Shown piece after piece: positions 50,435 to 58,727 of a DNA stretch of 64,000 nt. The translations under genes were made by a program, and so were the position numbers. The notes beneath the pieces were generated by a model. It saw only the letters and a program-made list of their open reading frames with translations. It made no database searches and was not told where the DNA came from. Position 1 is the stretch's first letter. Every line of letters starts with the position of its first letter. This DNA is from Promethearchaeota archaeon (lineage in GTDB: Archaea; Asgardarchaeota; Lokiarchaeia; Sigyniarchaeales; SOKP01), in contig JAUVNS010000005.1 of assembly GCA_030599585.1 (NCBI GenBank), forward strand, positions 64,001 to 128,000. The letters are read 5' to 3'.

Positions 50435-51205
50435 CTAAAATCCATCAAATTTAGCCCATTCGTCGTCATCATCGATTTCCTCGTCATCATCGTAAAGAGT
50501 CTCAGATTTCTCGGCTTTTACGCCTTCAGCTGACTCTTCTTCATAATCGTCGTACTCGTCATCAAAACTTATAGCTTTATCTAAATCCACTGCTACTTCT
50601 CCTTCGCCCACTTGAATTTCTGGGATAGGTTCCTTCTTTAATTTTTTCTTTTCAACTAATTTGAGGTAATCGCCGTGAATTTTAATCGTAATAGGAGTTT
50701 CTTCTTGTAAAAGCCGTACCACTACTTCTTCGCTACTCGATGTATCGTGTGGCATACGCATAACGAGCGCTCTTGAACCTTCGAATACACCACTTATTAT
50801 TTCAACGGTATCACCCGATTCTAAATATTCGGTGACGCTTCTTGGTAGTAAAACGTGTTTTAACTCATCTAAATCGATATTTTGGACGATTCTTCCTTTA
50901 ATATGGGGAATTCCTTGTACAGCAATTTGAACAGATCTTTTTTGAGGTGCTTCAAAAAATACATAACCGGGTAATAAAGGAGATACAAGCATGGCTCTAA
51001 TATCGGGAACTACATCTAAAATTTTAAACCGGTAAAAAATTTGTCGTAATATGTTACTTTCTTGGTTTATCGTAGTTCTCACAGCAAAAAGTGTTGTAGA
51101 AGGTTCACCTTCCTCGAGATCATTGATTTCTGTCGCTGCAAGATCAACATCTACTTTTAATTCTTCTTCTTTATTGTTTTCAGACTGTTCCTCTTGGTTA
51201 ACCAT
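50435..51205 (-). CDS. spt5: Transcription elongation factor Spt5 with acidic extensions
   Basis: FAVRTTINQE, PGYVFFEA (NGN), GDTVEIISGVFEG (KOW). Confidence 0.9.
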   Translation of the reverse strand: MVNQEEQSENNKEEELKVDVDLAATEINDLEEGEPSTTLFAVRTTINQESNILRQIFYRFKILDVVPDIRAMLVSPLLPGYVFFEAPQKRSVQIAVQGIPHIKGRIVQNIDLDELKHVLLPRSVTEYLESGDTVEIISGVFEGSRALVMRMPHDTSSSEEVVVRLLQEETPITIKIHGDYLKLVEKKKLKKEPIPEIQVGEGEVAVDLDKAISFDDEYDDYEEESAEGVKAEKSETLYDDDEEIDDDDEWAKFDGF

Positions 51206-51386
51206 ATTTTCTCACTTTTTTCTTATTTGAATTATCAAGATTTAGAATGCTTTTATATTGATTTCTTAAAAAAGTAGGATATTATATAAAGGAAATTCTA
51301 AATTATAAAATTTTGCTTTTTAAGGAGATTTTAGTTATGAGAGTAGGTTCCTCAATGTTCAATCAACCTTATCTTCCTATTAATTT

Positions 51387-51767
51387 CTAGAAAGGTATGT
51401 TATTTACATCTAACATTTCAGGAATTCTTCTGTTTCTTTCGAGCCAGGATATTTCTGCCCTAGTATATCTCCAGGTTATTTCGCATTTTCCCAGTTTACC
51501 TTCGACTGGTGTTTCCCAATCCCACGGAGATACTATAACTAAGTCCCCTTTTCTTACCCAAACGCGTTTTTTAATTTTACCGCGAATCCTGCCTACTCGT
51601 TGCTTACCATCCGCGCAAAATACGCCCATTCGTTCGTTCCCATATATCTCAACGACTCTAGCAAACATTTCTCCTATCCTCCTATTGGGAAACTTAACAC
51701 GCGTGACTGGTGGTGGGACATATGGCCCCTTACCTCTCTTCACTTGCTTTCCTTTTTTTTTTGCCAT
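51387..51767 (-). CDS. eif1a: Translation initiation factor aIF-1A (start likely ATG 51767)
   Basis: CADG..R.GRIRGKIKKRVWVRKGDLVIVSPWD. Confidence 0.92.
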   Translation of the reverse strand: MAKKKGKQVKRGKGPYVPPPVTRVKFPNRRIGEMFARVVEIYGNERMGVFCADGKQRVGRIRGKIKKRVWVRKGDLVIVSPWDWETPVEGKLGKCEITWRYTRAEISWLERNRRIPEMLDVNNIPF

Positions 51768-51797
51768 AATTTTTTCCTTCAAATAATGTGTATAATA

Positions 51798-52133
51798 TTA
51801 GTATTTATCATCAGGTTTATAATCACCTTTAATAAAGACGATTTTTATAGATTTTTGAGAGTCGTTCCGAATATTATGCATTTCTTTTGGTTCCACCAAG
51901 AATACACTCCCTTCTAAAGCACCGAATTCTTTGTCATTTACAATCATGACACCATCACCCTCAACGAAATAAAATGTTTCATCAAGTAAATTGTGCCCGT
52001 GAGCTTTTTCAGCCATTTTTTCTCCAGGTTTTAGTAGAATTAAGCCCCAATCTATACTCGGTCCGCGCATCAAATATTTAACACCAGACTCTCCTCCTCT
52101 GAATGGAATCTCTTTTTCATTTACCCGTTTCAT
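51798..52133 (-). CDS. Cupin domain protein
   Basis: HGH...ETFYFVEG; EMHNIRN. Confidence 0.85.
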   Translation of the reverse strand: MKRVNEKEIPFRGGESGVKYLMRGPSIDWGLILLKPGEKMAEKAHGHNLLDETFYFVEGDGVMIVNDKEFGALEGSVFLVEPKEMHNIRNDSQKSIKIVFIKGDYKPDDKY

Positions 52134-52232
52134 TTTTTACCGATAAACCTATATCTTATTTACTAAAAACAAATTATCTAAATTAATTTAAGTTAAAAAT
52201 CTTATTAATTTAAATTCTAAGTAGGGTAGTAA

Positions 52233-53420
52233 ATGGTTACTAATTTTAGATTTGCAAGAATACCTAATATAATTTTTGGAGCTGGTAAATTTAGCGAATT
52301 ATACGATATTATCGCAAATTTCGGAAAAAATGTGTTATATGTTATCGGAGGTTCATCGCTTAATGCCTCTGGAAAATGGGATGAAATAGCAAACCAAATG
52401 CTCAGAAGGTCCATTAATTTCTATTCAATATCAATCGCTGGAGAACCTACTCCAAGCTTAATTGATGAGGCTGTTAAGAAATTTCGACAGAAAAAGTTAG
52501 CTTTAATTATTGGAATCGGGGGTGGTAGTGTTATTGATGCTGGAAAAGCTATCTCAGCAATGATTTTTAAGAGCGATTCAATAAAGGAATACCTTGAGGG
52601 CGTTGGAGATAAAATACACAATGGGGAAAAAATCCCCTATATAGCCATCCCTACTACTTCAGGGACAGGCAGCGAAGCAACAAAAAACGCTGTCATAACT
52701 GAGGTGGGTCCTGAAGGATTTAAAAAATCTTTACGGCACGATAATCTGGTCCCAAATTATGCTATAGTGGATCCCAAACTCGTTGTATCCTGCCCACCCT
52801 CAATTACTGCAGCTTGTGGGATGGATGCTTTCACACAATTACTAGAAGCGTATGTATCTCCTCTTTCAAGTCCTATTACTGATGCGTTAGCATATAATGG
52901 AATCAAACAAATGAAAGAAAATATTATATCCGTTTATGGCCGTAAATCTTCAGACATCAATGCAAGATCCACCATGGCCTATGGTTCTTTAATCTCTGGT
53001 ATCGTTCTTGCAAACGCAGGATTGGGAATTGTCCACGGTTTAGCATCTTCAATAGGTGGATTGTTTAACATTCCTCACGGGACTGTATGCGGAACGCTGC
53101 TTGCTGAAAGTACAAAAATGAATGTAAAGCGATTAGAGCAAGCTGGTCGCGGTGGTGAGCATGGGTTAATGAAATACGCAATAGTAGGGGCATTAATCGC
53201 TGGTAAGAGTTATGAGCTAAATCTAGATGTGCCCTATTATTGTTCCGAGTTAGTAGAAACACTTGAAATGTGGACAAAACAATTGAATCTTGATACGTTA
53301 GGCAAATATGGAATAAGACCTAAAGATATTGAAAAAATCGTTAAAAAAACACAATTAAAAAATAATCCAGTTAACCTTAATCCTGAAGATATTAAAGAGA
53401 TAGTAGTAAATCGAATATGA
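52233..53420 (+). CDS. Iron-containing alcohol dehydrogenase
   Basis: GGGSVIDAGK, PTTSGTGSE, DAFTQ, HG...PHG. Confidence 0.93.
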   Translation: MVTNFRFARIPNIIFGAGKFSELYDIIANFGKNVLYVIGGSSLNASGKWDEIANQMLRRSINFYSISIAGEPTPSLIDEAVKKFRQKKLALIIGIGGGSVIDAGKAISAMIFKSDSIKEYLEGVGDKIHNGEKIPYIAIPTTSGTGSEATKNAVITEVGPEGFKKSLRHDNLVPNYAIVDPKLVVSCPPSITAACGMDAFTQLLEAYVSPLSSPITDALAYNGIKQMKENIISVYGRKSSDINARSTMAYGSLISGIVLANAGLGIVHGLASSIGGLFNIPHGTVCGTLLAESTKMNVKRLEQAGRGGEHGLMKYAIVGALIAGKSYELNLDVPYYCSELVETLEMWTKQLNLDTLGKYGIRPKDIEKIVKKTQLKNNPVNLNPEDIKEIVVNRI

Positions 53421-53852
53421 TTAATCAAAAGAAAGAAACTTTTTCTGTCGAAGAAATATAGTACTGACGCCAATTTTTCTCACTTTTCTGCGTAAATCAG
53501 CATCATTAGACGCTAAATAGACCCTCTTCTCGTTTTCTTTTAGTTCTTTACAATTTCTCACCAAAAAATCATCAGTAGTTTCCTCATTTGATTTTGTTTG
53601 ATGGTTGTAAATAAAATTATATTTTTCATTATTATTCTCTAAATATGAAAGGCCAGACTTTAGATTCATAGTAAACTTTGTAGCGTTTGGTTCTCGAATC
53701 CTTTTCGCTTCTAATTCATCTAAAATTTGCTTAAATAGAATAAAAACAGTGCGCCCCTCTAAACTACTATCTATATCATATAGATAATCAATTTTAAACT
53801 GAAATGGAAGTAATATGAAGTTCGCATCAATTACGATAAGATTTTCTAACAT
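53421..53852 (-). CDS. PIN domain protein (Fcf1/Utp24-like)
   Basis: IDANF, ELE, TDD, ASNDADLRR. Confidence 0.85.
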   Translation of the reverse strand: MLENLIVIDANFILLPFQFKIDYLYDIDSSLEGRTVFILFKQILDELEAKRIREPNATKFTMNLKSGLSYLENNNEKYNFIYNHQTKSNEETTDDFLVRNCKELKENEKRVYLASNDADLRRKVRKIGVSTIFLRQKKFLSFD

Positions 53853-53875
53853 TATTTCATTAATATGTTAAAAAA

Positions 53876-54394
53876 TTAATAACTTTGACGGTCTAATATT
53901 TTTGTTGTTAATAATTCAAAAGCCTTCTGGACATTTTCTCCAGATTTACTTGAAATTTTAAGATAATCAAATAATTTGAAAGCATCTTGAAAATCTGAAG
54001 CGTAATCATCGGTTACCATGATATCTTCAGTTAGATCGTTTTTTGTTCCTAAAAAAAGAATAGGCAAATCAGGATCACCTCTACGGCAAAGAGTTACCCA
54101 CTCTTCTAGTTTTTCTAAAGTCATTGGACGAGTTAAATCAAAAAGTAGTAAAGCTCCTTTCGCACCTAACACATAACTCTCTAACAGAAATCTAAACCTT
54201 TGTTGTCCTCCAAAATCCCATAATTGAAGTGTACAATGTTTGCTATCGATATTTACCTCTTTAAGAAAGAATTCCACCCCAATTGTCATCCTCGTTTCAG
54301 CACTAAACTTACCTTCTACGTAACGATGAAGAAGTGTGGTTTTTCCTACTCCTCCTTCTCCTGCAGTAAGTATTTTTAAGATAAACTTCTTCAT
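53876..54394 (-). CDS. Rab-like small GTPase
   Basis: GEGGVGKT, TIGVEF, WDFGGQ.RF, TKND, SSK. Confidence 0.92.
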   Translation of the reverse strand: MKKFILKILTAGEGGVGKTTLLHRYVEGKFSAETRMTIGVEFFLKEVNIDSKHCTLQLWDFGGQQRFRFLLESYVLGAKGALLLFDLTRPMTLEKLEEWVTLCRRGDPDLPILFLGTKNDLTEDIMVTDDYASDFQDAFKLFDYLKISSKSGENVQKAFELLTTKILDRQSY

Positions 54395-54755
54395 ATTTTC
54401 TTGTTTCTCGTTTTCTTAATTGTAGTTGTTATATTGTTGGTATTTATAGAGGTTATGAATATAAAATTTGCTAATTTTTCTTATTAAATGTTTAAAAATG
54501 TGTTTTAATATGTAATAAAAATTTTCATTTTTTACCTTTTTGATTTAGATAATTTAAATTCTATTTTTATTTTAAGGTTTTATTATCTTCTTAACTAATT
54601 TTAGTATCTTACACATATTTTATATTAATAATAAAATTTCTTCCATTAAATAAAGTCCGAAAGGCAATTATACAATTAGTATTTAATTTATTATTGCTTA
54701 TTGTTGATTAAGAAAATCATTGAAATTAGTTTTATCTCATATAAATGTGGTAGAA

Positions 54756-55034
54756 ATGAAAAAGAAAATACCTACTGAGGAAGAGTTAAATGAACTAGGA
54801 GTTAAATCCTGGGGCACATGGGAAAAAGAAAAAAGCGTTTTTGATTGGTCTTACAGCGATACTGAAACCTGTTATATTCTAGAAGGAGAGGTAGAAGTTA
54901 CTGATAATTCTACTGGCGAAAAACTCGAATTTAAAAAGGGAGATTTAGTTCAGTTTCCTAAAGGATTAGAATGCGTCTGGAATGTCAAAAAACCAGTTAG
55001 AAAATATTATAATTTCGGAGATTTGAAAATTTAA
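54756..55034 (+). CDS. Cupin (DUF861-like) protein
   Basis: W..WEKE.S.FDW.Y...ETCYILEG; GDLV.FPKG. Confidence 0.85.
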   Translation: MKKKIPTEEELNELGVKSWGTWEKEKSVFDWSYSDTETCYILEGEVEVTDNSTGEKLEFKKGDLVQFPKGLECVWNVKKPVRKYYNFGDLKI

Positions 55035-55185
55035 CAAGATTTACTTTTTTTTAAAATTTTTAATTGTTTCTGGTCAGTACACAAATCATTAAATAATCAG
55101 TTGATGAAATAATATTGAGATCCTATTATTTTTTGTTAGGTTAACAAATTACAAGTAAATAATAGAATTTAACCAAGTACTTTAG

Positions 55186-57297
55186 GTGAAACATATAGCT
55201 AACCTCGGAATAAAGCATTTCCTCTTGGATGAGAACATTAATCAGTTTTTCAACAGTATACCTATTCCATCATATATTTGGCAGAAAACTGAAAACGACT
55301 TTATATTGATTGATTATAACAACGCAGCTTTAAAAGTTACCAAAGGGAAGATTAAGGATCTCCTTCACGAAAAAGCTTCTGTAGTACATAAGGATCGACC
55401 TGATATCATAGATGCAATAAATAAATGTTTTCGTGAAAATAAAAGCGTTTCAGAAAAACTAGAATATCTTATGAAAACGACTGGAGAAAAGGTATTTATT
55501 TCTCTAAAAATTTACCACTTTCCTCCTGATCTGATAGTTGTTCATATAAAAGATATAACCCAATGGAAATTGGCAGAGAAAAAACTTAAAAACTCTGAGG
55601 AGAAGTATAAATTGTTATTCGAAAAGTCTCCAATTCCTATTGTGATTACTGATTTTAAGGGTATCATAATTGATTGTAATAAAGCTACTGAGCAACAGTT
55701 TGGTTACTTTAAAAAATATCTCTGCGGAAAAAACTACTTAAATTTAGGGATATATTCTCCGGATTTAATTCCATTACTTAAAGAAAGAATATCTCAACTA
55801 GAACGGGGCGAATCAACTAAACCCTTCGAACTTGAAATAACTAAAAAGGACGGAAGTATATCGTGGATATATAATCAAATGTCTTTAGTTAATGCGGGGG
55901 GGGGAAAATTGATTCAATCTTTTATAATGGATATCACGGAGCGAAAAAATTTCGAAAAAAAAATTCAGCGCAAACTTGAGAACGAAAAATTCATTTCCAC
56001 GATTTCTTCGAGTCTAATTCGTACTGTAGACATTGATAGAGCAGTAAGCAAGGCAGTCCTAGAAATGGGGGTTTTTATTGGAGCTGTACGCGCTTATATA
56101 TTACTATTCAACGAAGAAGAATCGCTTGAGTTTTACATTCAAGAATGGTGCCTTGAAGAAGTAGAACCTCAATTGATTAACTTAACGACTATAAGTAAAA
56201 ATAGATTTCCTTGGATATTTGATGTAGGGAGCAAAAATGAAATGATACTGATTAAGAACTTATCAGAAATTCCAAAGGAAGCAATCAAAACTAAGGAAGA
56301 ATTGGAAAAATTGAATATAAAATCTTTACTTGGTTTTCCAATTACTATAAACAAGGAATCCTATGGATATATAGGATTCGACAATATTCAAAATATAAGT
56401 GAATGGGAAAAAAAGGATTTCGAGATTTTTAAAACGACTTCTGAGATTATTGGTAATGCGTTAGAACGCAAATGGGCTGAAGAAACTTTAAAAGGAAGTC
56501 ATCAATTGCTTGCTGGTGTTATTTCTTCTTTAACTGAAGTAATTTATCTTGTGGATAACCATTTTAATGTTGTTTGGGCTAACAATGTAGCAAAACAAAT
56601 GTTTGGTTCACGATTAACAGGAAAAAAATGTTATGGAGTATTTTCACATAGGGGTAAACCATGTAAAGAATGTCTAGCTGTTGAAACATTTGAAGATGGA
56701 AAAATACATGAAAAAGAGAAAATCCTGACAAATATAGATGGGAAAAAGAAAATTTACTGGAGTACATCAAGCGTAGCAGGTTTTAACATAGAGGGAGAAA
56801 GGGAGTTAGCCGTTTTGATACTTCGAGACATCACAGAAAACAAAAAGATGGAAAAATCATTGATTGAATCTGAAAATAACTTAAGGTTGCTGAATAAAAG
56901 CCTTCTTGAAAAAATAGAAGAAAGAACCAAAGAATTAAAGATGTCTGAAGAGACATATAAGAAAATATTAAATGATTTAGACGTTGGATTTTACAAAGGT
57001 GAGTTCAAGGGTAAATTATTAATGCATAATTCTGCTCTCAACACTATCTTAGGATTAGATACATCGATATCTCTAATTGGTTCTACATCAACTCGGTTTT
57101 TTAATGATTTAAACGTACAAAAGCGTTATGATGATGAATTATTGGAGAAAGGTTATGTTACTAATTTTAAAGCCCAACTCAAGAATTCCAAAGGGGAGAG
57201 TATAACAGTTCATTTAAATTCTCACTTGATAAGGGATCATGAAGGTAATCCCAAAGAGGTCGAAGGAATTATTGTTAAATTTATAGAAGAAACCTAA
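55186..57297 (+). CDS. PAS-PAS-GAF-PAS-PAS sensor protein with no output domain
   Basis: Repeated DITE/DITQ PAS ends, GAF (YGYIGFD), GKKCY; no HisKA or HATPase motifs. Confidence 0.8.
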   Translation: MKHIANLGIKHFLLDENINQFFNSIPIPSYIWQKTENDFILIDYNNAALKVTKGKIKDLLHEKASVVHKDRPDIIDAINKCFRENKSVSEKLEYLMKTTGEKVFISLKIYHFPPDLIVVHIKDITQWKLAEKKLKNSEEKYKLLFEKSPIPIVITDFKGIIIDCNKATEQQFGYFKKYLCGKNYLNLGIYSPDLIPLLKERISQLERGESTKPFELEITKKDGSISWIYNQMSLVNAGGGKLIQSFIMDITERKNFEKKIQRKLENEKFISTISSSLIRTVDIDRAVSKAVLEMGVFIGAVRAYILLFNEEESLEFYIQEWCLEEVEPQLINLTTISKNRFPWIFDVGSKNEMILIKNLSEIPKEAIKTKEELEKLNIKSLLGFPITINKESYGYIGFDNIQNISEWEKKDFEIFKTTSEIIGNALERKWAEETLKGSHQLLAGVISSLTEVIYLVDNHFNVVWANNVAKQMFGSRLTGKKCYGVFSHRGKPCKECLAVETFEDGKIHEKEKILTNIDGKKKIYWSTSSVAGFNIEGERELAVLILRDITENKKMEKSLIESENNLRLLNKSLLEKIEERTKELKMSEETYKKILNDLDVGFYKGEFKGKLLMHNSALNTILGLDTSISLIGSTSTRFFNDLNVQKRYDDELLEKGYVTNFKAQLKNSKGESITVHLNSHLIRDHEGNPKEVEGIIVKFIEET

Positions 57298-57848
57298 GAA
57301 TACCTTTTTTTATCTCTATATTCTTTAACTGATACCTTTCTTCCTTTTAATCTATCGTTATTTATTAAGGTGTCTTCGATTGCTTTAATTTCCGCTCTTG
57401 TATTAATCTCAATGTTTTTCAGCTGCTCGAGGATTTCCTTTTCACCCAGCCCTTTATTATAAAACACCTTGAATCTCTTAATCACTTTCTCACTATAAAA
57501 AGAATAGTGCCCGTTATAAAAAATAATCAGCCAATCCTTCTTATTTTGATTTTTTGATAATTTGTACATTTTTTCTTGTACTTGAGCTAAGGGGCGTTTT
57601 AATCTTCGCGCCACTAGTTTATCTTCAATTACATTGATATTGCCTAAAAATTTATTCAATTTCTTAGAAAACATTAAAGTGGGAACATAGGAAATACCAA
57701 ATAAGACTATAGTAATAATTGTAATAATTATAGCAGCGATTTGATTGAAGAAAAATACGATGAGAATAATAACTATAAGAATTATGAACCACTTTCTTCC
57801 AATTGTCTTTAATGCTTTTGCAAATTTTCCGGGCATATAAATCTTCAA
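57294..57848 (-). CDS. Hypothetical basic membrane protein
   Basis: Two N-terminal TMs. Confidence 0.7.
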   Translation of the reverse strand: MKIYMPGKFAKALKTIGRKWFIILIVIILIVFFFNQIAAIIITIITIVLFGISYVPTLMFSKKLNKFLGNINVIEDKLVARRLKRPLAQVQEKMYKLSKNQNKKDWLIIFYNGHYSFYSEKVIKRFKVFYNKGLGEKEILEQLKNIEINTRAEIKAIEDTLINNDRLKGRKVSVKEYRDKKRYS

Positions 57849-57910
57849 CTTAGAGTTAATCTACTCTTAATATATCTTATAATGTATACTTTAAAAACAT
57901 TATTTATAAG

Positions 57911-57922
57911 AAAATAACAAAA
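57911..57922 (-). terminator. Oligo-T terminator-like tract downstream of the 5S precursor
   Basis: Minus strand TTTTGTTATTTT immediately after the outer stem. Confidence 0.45.
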
Positions 57923-58126
57923 TCAGTGATAATCATTAACCACATTTACGATTCCGGGTTCGGATGGTACCGGGTACTATCCTGAATTACCATGACCGTA
58001 GCCGAAGCTACAGTTTGCAAGTTCCCATAGATTTTCAACTACAGTACTATCTGCAACGCAAAACAGTTTAACTTCCGGCGTTGTAGCTAATTGCTACGAG
58101 ATTATGTGGTTAAAACTATCACTAAC
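57922..58126 (-). other. Precursor processing stem and BHB-like motif enclosing the permuted 5S
   Basis: 58126-58104 pairs with 57945-57922 (~23 bp, one bulged U); ACG-CCGG-AAG pairs with CCGG-AAU-CGU. Confidence 0.8.
57952..58072 (-). rRNA. rrf: 5S rRNA gene, circularly permuted (3' half - UUCG - 5' half)
   Basis: 58072-58007 GUUAA-helix II', helix V, AGUA/GAA loop E, helix IV, helix I 3' strand; UUCG 58006-58003; 58002-57952 helix I 5' strand, helix II, helix III with CCGAAC; 121 nt total. Confidence 0.85.
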
Positions 58127-58131
58127 AACCA

Positions 58132-58146
58132 TTTTATAACTTTGGC
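58132..58146 (-). promoter_or_regulatory. Candidate BRE-TATA for the 5S precursor
   Basis: Minus strand GCCAAAGTTATAAAA; an alternative TATAAA lies at ~58174-58169. Confidence 0.45.
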
Positions 58147-58363
58147 TATATTATCGTAAAATGCTTCATTTATATGGTTGTAAGTAATAGGAATAGTACA
58201 AGCTAGTAATTAAACTTTTTCATAATAAATCGTTAAACTTAAAAGACTATATATTGAATTGTTAGTTTTCTACATATCCCTTAAGATTTTTTTTATATGT
58301 ACTCATCTTATAAATAATTAAAAATAAGCATATGATTAAAAAGCTAAAACTCAAATATTTATT

Positions 58364-58591
58364 ATGCCACTTAGATTTAACACCTGTCCTTATTGTAATC
58401 AGAGGATAGTGTTTAGGATAGATGAAAAAGATGTAAATACCTCTCATTATCCCGCTCCGATTTATATTCATCATGTAAGCGAATCTTGTGGAAAAACATC
58501 AACTTTTTATGTCGATAGTCTTTTACGGGTGTCTTATAAAGAGCTAGAGAAGAAATCTGGGGCAATAAAAACATTAAAAACAATAGATTAA
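58364..58591 (+). CDS. Small putative zinc-binding protein
   Basis: CPYC...HH....C; 75 aa. Confidence 0.65.
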   Translation: MPLRFNTCPYCNQRIVFRIDEKDVNTSHYPAPIYIHHVSESCGKTSTFYVDSLLRVSYKELEKKSGAIKTLKTID

Positions 58592-58727
58592 CATTTCTCC
58601 CTAAGTCTTTATGAAAATCTTATTATTTGACGATTAATTAATTTACAATACTGCTTACAATTTTTGTAGCGAGTTAAGAACATTTTTTAAAATTATTATT
58701 AACTAAAGTAGAATATTTTAGGCTGAT

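Noticed and set aside
51337-51390. 17-aa plus-strand ORF after AGGAG
   Set aside because: Too short, overlaps the aIF-1A stop and the spt5 upstream region; could be chance.
57952-58072. Interpretation as two broken tandem 5S pseudogene fragments
   Set aside because: The halves are complementary and sum to one full 5S, joined by a C(UUCG)G loop and bounded by a BHB-like motif and long stem. Random decay is unlikely to give this, although it is not formally excluded.
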